NCBI GenBank assembly: GCA_016192455.1
Contig: JACPUC010000026.1
Location: 198,821-262,820 of the forward strand
Direction of reading: 5' to 3'
DNA: 64,000 nt
Source of the DNA: Candidatus Tectimicrobiota bacterium
Lineage (GTDB): Bacteria > JACPUC01
The notes under the pieces are model-generated. The model was given only the letters and a program-made list of their open reading frames with translations. It was not told the DNA's origin and did no database searches. A program made the position numbers and the translations under genes. Of this stretch, positions 19,074-29,044 are shown piece after piece (the first letter of the stretch is position 1; every line of letters begins with the position of its first letter).

Positions 19074-20498
19074 CTACCGCGCCTCCCCGCCCTCGTGGTA
19101 CTCCGCATCGATATTGACCAGCCAGGGATCGTAGCGCCCCAGCCCCAGGACGTTGCGCGCCGCCAGCAGCCCGGTGGCGATGGCGTGGTCCTGATTGTTG
19201 TACTTGAACATGCCGGAACGGCCGATGGGCTGCAGGTTCGTCAGCCGGTCGAGCCAAGCTTTGATGATGGCGATGTGCTCGTGGTAGCCGAGTTCGATCA
19301 CGGGGTAGGCTTGCTGGCTGCGCACGACGAAGCCTGAGAGCACGTCGCGGGGGTGAACGAAGCCCATCTGCCGCAGCTCGTCCGCGGCCACCTCGATGAG
19401 CTCCTCATCGGCGCGCTTCCAGAAATCGTCCCCCTCAAACGCGAAGTATTCCACGGTGAGGGGGCTCGTCCCTTCCCCATCGGCCATCTGCGGCGAGAAG
19501 TTGCGGTAATTGGCGACCCGCGCCATCCGCACCTCGCGGGAATGCACATAGATCCAGTTGTCGGGAAAGGGGAGGCCCCGCACTTTCAGGTGCACTCCGA
19601 GATGGCCGCGGTAGCGCAGGCGGCGACAGGCGGCCAGGACCGCCTCCGGCGGCGGCGGCTCCAGCATCTCGACCATGGCGATGAGCGGCATGCTCGACAG
19701 CACCTGCGCTGCTTCGACCTCCTCCTCCTGGCCGTCCGGTCCCTGCGCGACAACGCTGCGAATCCGCATGCCGTCGCGCCGCAACCCCACCACCCGGCGA
19801 CCCAGGAGGATCGTCCCACCACGCACCTCCACCAGGTCGGCCAGCTTTTCGTAGAACATGCCGGCGCCATGGCGAGGGAAGAGGAACTCATCCACGAGGG
19901 TTTTCACGGTATGCTTCTTGGGACTGAGCAGCGCGTGCTTCAGCGCCACGCCCAGACTCAGCCCCTTGATGCGCTGCGCCGCCCAATCGGCGCCGATGCG
20001 GTCGCAGGAGATGCCCCAGACCTTTTCCGTGTAGGTTTTGAAGAAGGTCTCGTAGAGGCGCGCCCCGAAGTGGTCGATCATCCACTCCTCGAAGGTGTGC
20101 TGCGGGCGCGGCGCCAGGCGATGCCGCAGGCGCGCCCGGGCGTAGCTCAGGAACATCAACACCGCGCTCGCCGGGCCGACGCCGAAGAGCGCGTTCACCG
20201 GTGAGAGCGGGTAGTTGAAGAGCTTGTTGCGGTAATGGATGCGGGTCAGGCGAGCGACGCGCAGCAGGTCCTCCGCCACGACCTCGACAAAGAGCTGGTG
20301 CACCTCCTCGTTCCTGGTGAAGAAGCGGTGCGGCCCGATGTCGAAGCGGCAGCCGTCATGCTGGATGGTGCGCGCCAACCCGCCCACCTGCTCGAGGCGC
20401 TCCAGCACCCGCACCGAGGCGCCGTGCCGGGTCAGTTCGTAGGCCGCGGCGAGACCGGAGGGCCCGGCTCCAAGAATGACGGCATCGGCTCCAGGCAT
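19074..20498 (-). CDS. FAD-dependent oxidoreductase (protoporphyrinogen oxidase / UDP-galactopyranose mutase-like, glycan-associated family)
   Basis: VILGAGPSGL Rossmann motif, GGLART, FDIGPHRFF and GRSGMFKYNNQDH. Confidence 0.8.
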   Translation of the reverse strand: MPGADAVILGAGPSGLAAAYELTRHGASVRVLERLEQVGGLARTIQHDGCRFDIGPHRFFTRNEEVHQLFVEVVAEDLLRVARLTRIHYRNKLFNYPLSPVNALFGVGPASAVLMFLSYARARLRHRLAPRPQHTFEEWMIDHFGARLYETFFKTYTEKVWGISCDRIGADWAAQRIKGLSLGVALKHALLSPKKHTVKTLVDEFLFPRHGAGMFYEKLADLVEVRGGTILLGRRVVGLRRDGMRIRSVVAQGPDGQEEEVEAAQVLSSMPLIAMVEMLEPPPPEAVLAACRRLRYRGHLGVHLKVRGLPFPDNWIYVHSREVRMARVANYRNFSPQMADGEGTSPLTVEYFAFEGDDFWKRADEELIEVAADELRQMGFVHPRDVLSGFVVRSQQAYPVIELGYHEHIAIIKAWLDRLTNLQPIGRSGMFKYNNQDHAIATGLLAARNVLGLGRYDPWLVNIDAEYHEGGEAR

Positions 20499-20752
20499 GG
20501 GCGTCTTGCGTGCGGGGCAAAAGAAACTCTGGGCAGCTTTTTGGCCGCTGCTCGCACGATCGTTGAAGATAGAGAAATCCGGCGCGCAAGACAAGGGCGA
20601 GGGGCAGGATGTGGTGGGGAAGCGAGGCGGGGGCGAGCGGCCGGCAGAGAGAAGCCTTGCCCGCCATGGCTGGTCAGGCCGGTGGCAGGCGAGCAAGGTT
20701 CCCCTCGCCGCGCCTGGAATCGGCGAGGCAGGATGGGGGCTTTACCCCGCCA

Positions 20753-20950
20753 AGTGTGCTGTTTCACACATTCTATCGCAAGAATTTGCGAGGGAGCCTC
20801 GCCCCCTCGCGCACCCCGACTACGCGAGCTGCCGCGCAGCTCGCGAGGATTGGGGGTGTGGGGAAGCAAAGGTCTTGCGCAAAAACTCCCCCACCACATG
20901 GCCCGAAGAAGGCGTCCGATTAAGGAGGGAATTTGTGTGACGTAACACTA
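20753..20950 (-). mobile_element. MITE-like repeat, copy 3
   Basis: Near-identical inverted copy of 9421-9618. Includes the TAG stop of the SDR gene. Confidence 0.8.
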
Positions 20951-21763
20951 CGAAGCGAAGTGGCAGGAGACCCCGCCGTCGACGGGGAGCGCCACGCCGG
21001 TGATGAAGCGGGACTGGTCACTCACCAGGAAGAGGGCGGCCTCGCCGATGTCCTTCGGGTCGGCGAGATACCCCACGAGGATGCCGCGGAGCATGTGCTG
21101 GCGGGTTGCCTCGGGGTCGGGCGATTCATTGATGATCCGCTCGATGCCGCGCGTCGTGGCAAAGCTCGGGCAGATGCAGTTGACGCGGATGTTCTGGGCG
21201 CTGTACTCCACCGCCAGGGCGCGCGTGAGCTGCACCACGCCCCCCTTCGCGGCGCAGTAGGCCGCCTCGTTGGGGCGCCCGTTCAGCCCGGCCACCGAGG
21301 CGATGTTGAGGATCACCCCGCCCCCCTTCTCGAGCATGTGCGGGATGGTGTATTTCGACGTCAGGTAGATCGAGGTGAGGTTCACCGCGAGGGTGCGATC
21401 CCACAGCTCCTCGGGCAGGTCCGCCAGCTTGCCGGTGTAGCCGAAGGTGCCGCCGGCGTTGTTGACCAGGATGTCAAGCCGACCGAAGCGCGCGATGGTC
21501 TGCTTGATGACCTCCTGGACGCTCTGCGACACCGACACATCCATCTTCACGGCGAACGCCGCGACGCCGAGCGCCTCGGCCTGCTCGACGGTGCCCGCGC
21601 CGCGCTTCGATGAGATGTCGGCGATGACGACATTCGCCCCCGCCGCCGCGAGCTTCAGGGCGATTGCTTCGCCAAGCCCCGCCCCCCCCGCGGTGATGAG
21701 GGCACTCTTGCCTACCAGCAACTTCGCCGTCTGCGTCGCGGCCTGAGCTTCAGCCTGCGTCAT
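20948..21763 (-). CDS. classical short-chain dehydrogenase/reductase
   Basis: TAGGAGLG, NNAG, YCAAK and RVNCICP motifs. Appears to be the last gene of the hcr transcription unit. Confidence 0.9.
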   Translation of the reverse strand: MTQAEAQAATQTAKLLVGKSALITAGGAGLGEAIALKLAAAGANVVIADISSKRGAGTVEQAEALGVAAFAVKMDVSVSQSVQEVIKQTIARFGRLDILVNNAGGTFGYTGKLADLPEELWDRTLAVNLTSIYLTSKYTIPHMLEKGGGVILNIASVAGLNGRPNEAAYCAAKGGVVQLTRALAVEYSAQNIRVNCICPSFATTRGIERIINESPDPEATRQHMLRGILVGYLADPKDIGEAALFLVSDQSRFITGVALPVDGGVSCHFAS

Positions 21764-21863
21764 CAGCACTGCTCCTTCTCGCACCTCACCGCCGTGCGGC
21801 GCGTGGCAACGGCTGGCGGCTTATCGACCGCCAACCCCTCGCGCACTCGCAGAGACTTCCCTC

Positions 21864-22853
21864 TTAGACACCCGCCAGGGCGCGCAGGCGGCGCTCGAAG
21901 AGGATGCGCACCATGCGTTTCCGATGACCCGGCTCGGCATTCGTCGTCTTGGTCGGGTGAGCGGCTTTCCAGAGCGCCTGACCGGCGGCGCTGATGCTCT
22001 CCGGCGTCAGCGGCTCATTCTCCAGAATGCGCGCCGCCTCGTCAACGAGGAAGGGCCGCGCCTCCAAGCCTGTCAGGGCGATGCGGGCGCTGCGGCAGTG
22101 ACCGTTGGCGCCGGCGCGCACCAGCGACACGGCGATGCCGGCAAGGGGAAAGTCGATGGTGCCGCGGCGCCGGAACTTCTCGTAGAAACCACAGGCGCCG
22201 AGCTCCGGCGGCGGCACCTGGAACGAGGTGATGATCTCCGCCGGCTTCAGGGTAAATGGGTGCTTCCCGTCGTTCGTGTAGAGATCGGCCAGAGGAAACC
22301 GCCGGACGCCGCCCGGCCCCTCGACGGTCACCGTGGCGCCGAGGGCCAGGAGCGCCGGGGCCACGTCGCCCGAGAAGGCCGCCACGCACTCCTGCTTACC
22401 GTGCACGACGTAGCAGACCTCCCCATCCTCCTTGAAGCAGGGGCCGTAGCTCCGGCGCCAGAACTCGTCCTGGTTGTAGTAGCGGCAGCGGGTGTCGAGG
22501 CAGGCGTTGCCGCCCACCGTCCCCATGTTCTGGTGATGCCAGCTTCCGGCTTTCGAGGCCGCCTCCTGGAGCAGCGGGTAGTGCTGCGCCACCAGCGGCG
22601 AGGTCTTCAGCTCCTGCAGGGTGACGAGCGCCCCGATCCGCAGGCCGCCGGCATCGTAGGCCAGGCGGCGCAGCTCGGCCACGCGGCGCAGCCCCACGAG
22701 GTGGCGGGGGGTGAACAGGCCCTGCTTCATGGAGACGAGGAGGTCCGTCCCTCCGGCCATCAGCTTCGCCTCGGCGGGGTTCTCCTGCAGGACGGCGCAG
22801 GCCTCCTTCACGGAGCGCACCGCATGGTACCTGAACGTGGGCAAGAGTAGCAT
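21864..22853 (-). CDS. hcrB: 4-hydroxybenzoyl-CoA reductase beta-like FAD/[4Fe-4S] subunit
   Basis: AGGTDLL and GTVGGN, plus the HcrB-specific Cys insertion CLDTRCRYYNQ...C...C...C. Confidence 0.85.
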   Translation of the reverse strand: MLLLPTFRYHAVRSVKEACAVLQENPAEAKLMAGGTDLLVSMKQGLFTPRHLVGLRRVAELRRLAYDAGGLRIGALVTLQELKTSPLVAQHYPLLQEAASKAGSWHHQNMGTVGGNACLDTRCRYYNQDEFWRRSYGPCFKEDGEVCYVVHGKQECVAAFSGDVAPALLALGATVTVEGPGGVRRFPLADLYTNDGKHPFTLKPAEIITSFQVPPPELGACGFYEKFRRRGTIDFPLAGIAVSLVRAGANGHCRSARIALTGLEARPFLVDEAARILENEPLTPESISAAGQALWKAAHPTKTTNAEPGHRKRMVRILFERRLRALAGV

Positions 22854-25145
22854 TCAACCCCTCCTCTGGCGCTGCTTGGCCTCGAGCGCCTTTACCACGT
22901 CGGCGGGCGAGATCGGCAGCCGGGTAAACATCACGCCGGTGGCATCGTAGACGGCATTGACGAGGGCGGAGATCACCGCCAGGCCCGCCGCCTCGGCCGC
23001 CTCCTTGGCGCCGTAGGGGCCGTCAGGATCGTTCGACTCAACGATCAGGGAGACGATCTCCGGGGTCTCCTTGATGGTCGGGATATGGTACTCCAGCAGG
23101 TTCGGGTTCAGGGCCATCCCGCCGTCCCACGTGAACCCCTCGTGGAACACCTGGCCGATGCCGAAGAGTACCGACCCGTGCACCTGCCCGTCCACGGCGC
23201 GGGGATTGATGGCCTTGCCGCAATCCTGCGCCGCCGCCACCTTCAGGACGGTCACCTCGCCGGTTTCTGGATCAACCTCCACCTCGGCGGTCACGGCGCC
23301 ATAGCTGTAGGTGCCGGTGGCCTGGCCGTACTGCTTGCCCGGCGTCAGCCAATCGCGATTGAAGTTAATTTTCGGCGTGTAGCTGCCGCGGCCGAGCACC
23401 GGGCGGCCGACGGCGTAGGCATGGCGCACCAGGGCGCCGATGCCGACGCGGCGCTGCGGCGCGCCGCGCACCCAGAGCTCGCCGTTGTAGCCCTCGATGT
23501 CCGCCACGTTCGCCTCCAGGCGCTCCGCCGCCAGCGCCAGCAACTGCTCGCGGGCGTCGAGCGCCGCGGCGCGCACGCCGTTGCCGGAGACGAAGGTGGC
23601 CGACATGCTGTAGGCGCCGGGGTCCTGCGGCGTCGTCTCGGAGTCGGCGGAGATGAGCTCGATGCTGGAGACGGGTACGCCCAGCGCCTCGGCGGCCACC
23701 TGCACCACCATCGTGTTGTTCCCCTGGCCGTTGTCCACGGCGCCGGTGAACAGCGTCAGGCTGGCATCCTCGTTGAACTTGAGGTAGGCGGAGGAGCTGG
23801 AGCGGAAGCCCATGTTGAAGCCGTTGATCATCCCCGCGCCGCCGATGCCGCGCCCGCGCAGCTTGCCGTTGGCGGACGGCTTCGGCGTCTTCCAGTTGAC
23901 GGCGCCGGCGCACGCCTCGAGGGCCTCGCTGAGGCCGGAGCTGACGACGCGCGAGCCGCTCAGGGCTTCCTCCCCCGTCTTCATGGCGTTGCGCAGGCGG
24001 ATGTCCAGGGGATCGATGCCAAGGTCCTTGGCGCAGAGATCGAGGAGGCAGCTCTCGGCGTAGTGAACCTGCTGGCCGCCGTGCCCCTTCATAGCGCCGC
24101 GGATGGGCCGGTTCGTGTAGATGCGGCGACCGCGCCAGCGCAGGCTCTTGCTGCGCAGGGCGATCTCGACCATCGCCAGGGGCCAGCCGATGGCGATGGG
24201 GCCGGTGCTCATGTAGGCGCCGCCGTCGGCAAGGAGATCGAGGGTCTTCGCCAGGATGGCGCCGTCCTTGGTCAGCGCCAATCCCATGGTGACCTCCATG
24301 GGGTGCTTCTGGCGCGACATCATGAGGGACTCTTCGCGGCTTAGGGTGATGCGCACCGGGCGGCCGCAGGCGATGCTCAGGCGGGCGGCGCAGTAGTCGG
24401 CCGGGAAGGTTTCGGAGCGTCCGCCGAAGGCGCCGCCGGAGAAGACCTTGTGGACGCGGATTTTCTGCGCCGGCAGGTCGAGGACGTTGGAGAGGGCGCG
24501 GCGGCGCGCGAAGGGGGAGGTGGTCGGCGCCCAGATAAGGAGCTTGCCGCCGCTGTAGGAGGCGAGGACGCCGTAGGGCTCCATCTGCACGTGCGAGATG
24601 GCCTCGCAGAAGAAGGTCTCCGTGCGGCGGTAGTCGGCCCGGCGCCAGCACGCATCCACGTCGCCGTAAGAGGTGTTGTTCTCGGCGCCGATGTTGTTCG
24701 GTGCATGCTCGTGGAGCTGCGGCGCCCCCGGCTCCATCGCCTTCTTGAAGTCGAAGACGGCGGGCAGATCCTCGTAGTCGACGCTGATGAGCGCCAGCGC
24801 CTCCTGGGCGACGTCCTGGCTGGTGGCCGCCACCGCGGCTACTTCCTCGCCGATGTAGCGCACCTTGTCGCGCGCCAGGAGGAACTGGTCGCGGCTGTTC
24901 GTGAAGACCCCGTAGGGGATGCCGGCGTACGACTCGCCGGTGACGACGGCCCGCACGCCGCGCAGCTTCTTCGCCTTGCTCACGTCGATGCCGCGGATGC
25001 GCGCATGGGGGAAGGGGGAGCGCAGGATGGCGCCGTAGAGCATGCCGGGCGGACGATGGTCGGAATAGTAGGCAGCCGCTCCGGTCACCTTCTCGATGCC
25101 GTCCACGCTCGGGATCGGCTGGCCTACCACGTGGAGGTCGTTCAT
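22854..25145 (-). CDS. hcrA: 4-hydroxybenzoyl-CoA reductase alpha-like molybdopterin subunit
   Basis: Xanthine oxidase family with AMKGHG and GAKEAAEA, which resemble HcrA signatures rather than the generic GFG/GVGE. Gene order is C-A-B. Confidence 0.8.
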   Translation of the reverse strand: MNDLHVVGQPIPSVDGIEKVTGAAAYYSDHRPPGMLYGAILRSPFPHARIRGIDVSKAKKLRGVRAVVTGESYAGIPYGVFTNSRDQFLLARDKVRYIGEEVAAVAATSQDVAQEALALISVDYEDLPAVFDFKKAMEPGAPQLHEHAPNNIGAENNTSYGDVDACWRRADYRRTETFFCEAISHVQMEPYGVLASYSGGKLLIWAPTTSPFARRRALSNVLDLPAQKIRVHKVFSGGAFGGRSETFPADYCAARLSIACGRPVRITLSREESLMMSRQKHPMEVTMGLALTKDGAILAKTLDLLADGGAYMSTGPIAIGWPLAMVEIALRSKSLRWRGRRIYTNRPIRGAMKGHGGQQVHYAESCLLDLCAKDLGIDPLDIRLRNAMKTGEEALSGSRVVSSGLSEALEACAGAVNWKTPKPSANGKLRGRGIGGAGMINGFNMGFRSSSSAYLKFNEDASLTLFTGAVDNGQGNNTMVVQVAAEALGVPVSSIELISADSETTPQDPGAYSMSATFVSGNGVRAAALDAREQLLALAAERLEANVADIEGYNGELWVRGAPQRRVGIGALVRHAYAVGRPVLGRGSYTPKINFNRDWLTPGKQYGQATGTYSYGAVTAEVEVDPETGEVTVLKVAAAQDCGKAINPRAVDGQVHGSVLFGIGQVFHEGFTWDGGMALNPNLLEYHIPTIKETPEIVSLIVESNDPDGPYGAKEAAEAAGLAVISALVNAVYDATGVMFTRLPISPADVVKALEAKQRQRRG

Positions 25146-25154
25146 GACATCTCC

Positions 25155-25649
25155 TCAAACCTGCACGGGCGCGCGCATCGCCGCGGCGGCTCTCTGCACG
25201 GCCTCGATGATGTGGACGTAGCCGGTGCAGCGACAGAGCACTGAACCAAGGGCCGCGCGGATGTCCTCGACGCCCGCCTCGGGGCAGCGCTCGAGCAGCG
25301 CCTTCGCCGACAGGATCATGCCCGCGGTGCAGTAGCCGCACTGCATCGCCCAGGTGTCGAGGAAGGCCGTCTGCAGCGGATGGAGCTGACCGTTCTCCGC
25401 CAGCCCTTCGATGGTCTCGACCCGCCGTCCGTCGCACTCCACGGCGAGGGTGAGGCAGGAGAGCACCGGCTGGCCGTCGAGGAGGAGGGTGCAGCAACCG
25501 CAGTCGCCCTTGTTGCACCCCATCTTGGCGCCAGTGAGGTGGAGGTCCTCACGAATGACATCAAGGAGGGTGCGATGGGTGGGCGTGGTGAGGTCATGGG
25601 GTTCCCCATTCACCTCCAGCTCAATCGTCTGGTAGCAAGGTTCCGTCAT
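25155..25649 (-). CDS. hcrC: 4-hydroxybenzoyl-CoA reductase gamma-like 2x[2Fe-2S] subunit
   Basis: GCNKGDCGCC, QCGYCTAG and LCRCTGY. Confidence 0.88.
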   Translation of the reverse strand: MTEPCYQTIELEVNGEPHDLTTPTHRTLLDVIREDLHLTGAKMGCNKGDCGCCTLLLDGQPVLSCLTLAVECDGRRVETIEGLAENGQLHPLQTAFLDTWAMQCGYCTAGMILSAKALLERCPEAGVEDIRAALGSVLCRCTGYVHIIEAVQRAAAAMRAPVQV

Positions 25650-25823
25650 TACCTTGTTCCCTTCTTAGCACATGGATCAACCGGGTCCGCTCTCGCCGCG
25701 GCAACCTGGCGGGGTCCCAGCTCCGCTTCTCTGAGGTGTTCCCCTGCTTCGCCCAAGGCGCCCAGGCGCAGGCGGGCGGGGTGCGCGCCAGCGCGGTTGC
25801 ACGCTGCTCCCGAGCCCTAGGGG

Positions 25824-26999
25824 CTACCCCGCCAGTAGCGCGCGAGCCACGATCAGGCGCTGGATTTCCGCCGAGCCGTCGTAGATGCGCATAATGCGCG
25901 TGTCGCGGTACATCCGCTCGACCAGGCTCGCCGCCGCGCCGTCGGCCTGGAGGCCGAGGATGCCGAAGAAGTCCACGGCGCGGTCGGCGACGCGGTTGAC
26001 CACCTCCGTGCCGAAGAACTTCGCCATCGAGGCCTCCGTCGAGCAGCGCTCGCCGCGGCCCATGCGCGCCGCCGTGGTGTAGAGGAGCAGCCGCAGGGCG
26101 TAGATCTCCGTCTCATTCGCGGCCAATAGCTCCGCGAGCCTGCCGCGCCGCCCCCGCACGCCGAAACCGGCGCCGTTCCCGGCCCGCTTCCCAGCCTGGG
26201 CGGCAGCGTACTCCCGGCAGCTCTCCTGCAGGCGGCCCGCCGCCCCCAGCCCGCCGGCCGCCATGCCAAGGCGCCCCTTGTCGAGGGCACGCATGGCGAC
26301 GCGGAACCCCTTGTTCACTTCGCCGATGACGTTGCGCTTCGGCACGCGGCAGTCGTGCAGGCGCAGCTCGCAGGTGGCCGCGCCGCGCAGCCCCATGAGG
26401 CGGTCGACCGGGCCGAGATCCAGACCCGGCGTCTGGCGCTCCACGAAGAACGCCGTCATGCCGCGGTTGCCGGCCGCCGGGTTCGTCTTCGCCAGGATGG
26501 TGTAGTAACTCGCGTGCGGCCCGTTCGACACCCAGATCTTTTGGCCGTTGAGCACGTAGGCATCGCCGTCGTCGACGGCCCGCGTTTGGATGGCGGCGGC
26601 ATCCGAGCCGGCATTCGGCTCGGTGAGGGCGAGGGAGGCAATGGCCTCGCCGCGCGCCAGCTTCGGCAGGTAGGCGCGCTTCAGCTCCTCGGAGCCTTCG
26701 TACACCAGGCCCATGGCGCCGATGCCGCTGTTTGTTGTGATGCGCGTGCGCAGGCAGAGGTTTGTGGTGGCGATCTCTTCAAGGACGAGGATCTCCGCCA
26801 CCAGCGGCAGCTCGAGGCCCCCATAGGCGGCGGGGATGCTCAATCCGAAGAGGCCCAGCTCGCGCATGCGCCGCAGGAGGTGCTCCGGGATAACCCCTTC
26901 CTCCTCGATCCGCTGTTCCAGCGGGCGCACCTCGCGGCGCACGAAGTCCCGCACCTGGTCACGCAGCGTTAACTCAGCGGCACTGAATCCAAAATGCAT
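25824..26999 (-). CDS. acyl-CoA dehydrogenase
   Basis: LALTEPNAGSDAA, NGQKIWVSNG, MGLRGAAT and IYDGSAEIQR. Confidence 0.92.
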   Translation of the reverse strand: MHFGFSAAELTLRDQVRDFVRREVRPLEQRIEEEGVIPEHLLRRMRELGLFGLSIPAAYGGLELPLVAEILVLEEIATTNLCLRTRITTNSGIGAMGLVYEGSEELKRAYLPKLARGEAIASLALTEPNAGSDAAAIQTRAVDDGDAYVLNGQKIWVSNGPHASYYTILAKTNPAAGNRGMTAFFVERQTPGLDLGPVDRLMGLRGAATCELRLHDCRVPKRNVIGEVNKGFRVAMRALDKGRLGMAAGGLGAAGRLQESCREYAAAQAGKRAGNGAGFGVRGRRGRLAELLAANETEIYALRLLLYTTAARMGRGERCSTEASMAKFFGTEVVNRVADRAVDFFGILGLQADGAAASLVERMYRDTRIMRIYDGSAEIQRLIVARALLAG

Positions 27000-27271
27000 C
27001 CTGGAAAGCCCGGCTGGATGAGACGACGGAGCAGCGGGGGGAATTGAGAGGCTGGCGGCGTGCGGCAGGTGGGCGATACATCGTCCTCCCCGAGGCAGTT
27101 CCCCTTCGCGAGCTGGAGCAATAGTCGTGCCGGCCTCCTTACGTCGCCGCCGCTGCGGGGAGAGGGCGTGAGCCGCCGCCCCGTGCAGGCGGTCGCCACC
27201 GAGGAACTCCGCCGCATCGCTCTCTGCCGCGTGGTTGGCCTATATGTTGCGGCTCGAAATGGCGGCTTTCA

Positions 27272-27285
27272 TTGATCCACGTCAA
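27272..27285. promoter_or_regulatory. FNR box
   Basis: TTGAT-CCAC-GTCAA, one mismatch to TTGAT-N4-ATCAA, in the divergent acyl-CoA dehydrogenase / hemerythrin intergenic region. Confidence 0.7.
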
Positions 27286-27692
27286 GTTTTCCCCTTCCAG
27301 CCGGGAGCATATTAGCCACGCAGAGAGCTGTCATGGCGATGGCGCTAAGCGGCAGCGTGCTGCGCTCCACCGCTTACCGCGCCACCCGGCGAGTGGCGCG
27401 CGCCGTGCGCGAGGCAAATCGCCGCGGGAGATCAAACTCCTGGAGGTGAACGGTTGGCAACGGCCCCGCTTCGGGCCCGTAGAAGCCGTTGCCTCGCGTG
27501 CACCTTGAGAAGCCACCACGGTTGGGGGGAAAGGGTGGCAGGCGGGCCGGCGCGGCGGCGTTAACCGCCGGCGTCACAGCTTATCCCGCGCCTGATGGCT
27601 CCACACCCCCCTGACTACTCTCGGCCGACGGGCGCACCTGAGTGCGCAATTCGCCCCGCAATCGCCACGAAGCTAGCCAGGAGATTGAGAGG

Positions 27693-28202
27693 GTGACGAA
27701 TCCACTGGACCTGCTTACAGAACAGCATCAACACGGCTTGCGCGAGCTGGACCGCCTCGACGCCGCGCTCTCCAGAGTGCAGACGAGCGGCAACCTTGCG
27801 GCTGAGCTGGCGACGATCAGGCAGGCGGTCACGTTCCTTGATACGGAGGTGCGCCAGCATAACCAGATCGAGGAGGACCACCTCTTCCCCGTGCTTGAAG
27901 CCACCGCTCCCGGCGGCCCCATCGGGGTGATGCTGGATGAGCACCGTGAGCTGTGGGCCGCACTCGATGCGCTGCAGAACAGCCTCCGCAAACTGGCGGC
28001 GAGGAGCACCGATGAGGCGGCGCGCGATCTCCTGCTGCGCGAGGGGCTGCACATCTGCGACCTGCTGCGCAACCACATCGCCAAGGAGGAGAACATCCTC
28101 TTCCCCAGCGCCCGCGAATGCCTGACGCCGAGCCAGCTCGAGCGCATCTCCTGGGCCATGGAGGGGGAAGCCTCGGAGGAGTACAAGCGGCGCGACACGT
28201 GA
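27693..28202 (+). CDS. hemerythrin (HHE) domain protein
   Basis: EQHQH, RQHNQIEEDHLFP, DEHREL and NHIAKEENILFP. Confidence 0.88.
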   Translation: MTNPLDLLTEQHQHGLRELDRLDAALSRVQTSGNLAAELATIRQAVTFLDTEVRQHNQIEEDHLFPVLEATAPGGPIGVMLDEHRELWAALDALQNSLRKLAARSTDEAARDLLLREGLHICDLLRNHIAKEENILFPSARECLTPSQLERISWAMEGEASEEYKRRDT

Positions 28203-28559
28203 CTTAGCGCGTGCCGTGCTGGCGGCTCACGGCAGACGCCGGCTCTGCCTGCCTTTTCTCCCTTGGGGCGCCAAGAAAGGGGCATGGCTGCTTGCCATGA
28301 ACGCGCCACGGAAAGCGCTCACCGCCAACAAGCTGGAAGGGGGAGGACCGGCTGCGGCAAGGCAGAAGAAGGGGCTGTTGCGCCTGATTTCTCTAGTATC
28401 CGATGACGTTACTGTCGCGTGTGTGGCATTTTGTCCCGATTCTATGTCTCAGACTATCTTCATTGTCCCACTGTTTGAAGGTCTCCCCCCTCCGCAGAAC
28501 CAGTAAAGCTCTCCCAAGACACCTTTCTTCATCCCCAACCCAGTGGCGAGCGCATTTTC

Positions 28560-28573
28560 TTGACTTTTGTCAT
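28560..28573. promoter_or_regulatory. possible Crp/Fnr-family site upstream of fnr
   Basis: TTGAC-TTTT-GTCAT, with a TGAC/GTCA core palindrome. Confidence 0.4.
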
Positions 28574-28677
28574 ACTCTTAGGGTACTCATAAGGTGTTGT
28601 GCTACAATGAATTGGTTTTTCCAGTCCGAACTAGAGGCAGATGGGGAGGGGGAGTACGCCGCCCGGGGGGCGGAATT

Positions 28678-28693
28678 TGGCACTAAACATGCT
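28678..28693 (+). promoter_or_regulatory. possible sigma-54 promoter upstream of fnr
   Basis: TGGCACT-AAAC-ATGCT keeps the GG-N10-GC spacing. Confidence 0.4.
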
Positions 28694-29044
28694 CCAAGCA
28701 AGAATCAGGACTCTTCCCAGTCGGCGCCGCGGTTGCACCACACAGCCGCTGGATAGGGTTGGAGGGAGTGCCAAGAGGGATGCCCTTCTTCCATCAGGCT
28801 GCTGGAGGGGCGCGGCCGAGAAGGCGCAACGAGAGGATGGCGAAGAGAGGCGCACGCATCCGAGGCACGTGGGAGGGGGCGCCGGGCGGCGGAGCGAACG
28901 AGCTGCAAGGGTGGCACGCTCTACCGACGCGGACACGGAGCTGAGCGTGCGCCGCGCCAGGCCTCTCCCAGGTTCGCCTCTCCAAGCTCGCATCAACTCC
29001 GGCGTTGTTGCCGGTGGAGCTTTCGTTGGGATGAGGAGGTCGCT

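Noticed and set aside
23365-25518. Long alternative ORFs (also 50393-52750, 36243-37868, 44017-45294, 4665-5906, 30950-32353)
   Set aside because: These are shadow or antisense frames of well-supported genes in high-GC DNA, with Arg/Pro/Gly-rich or antisense-typical composition.
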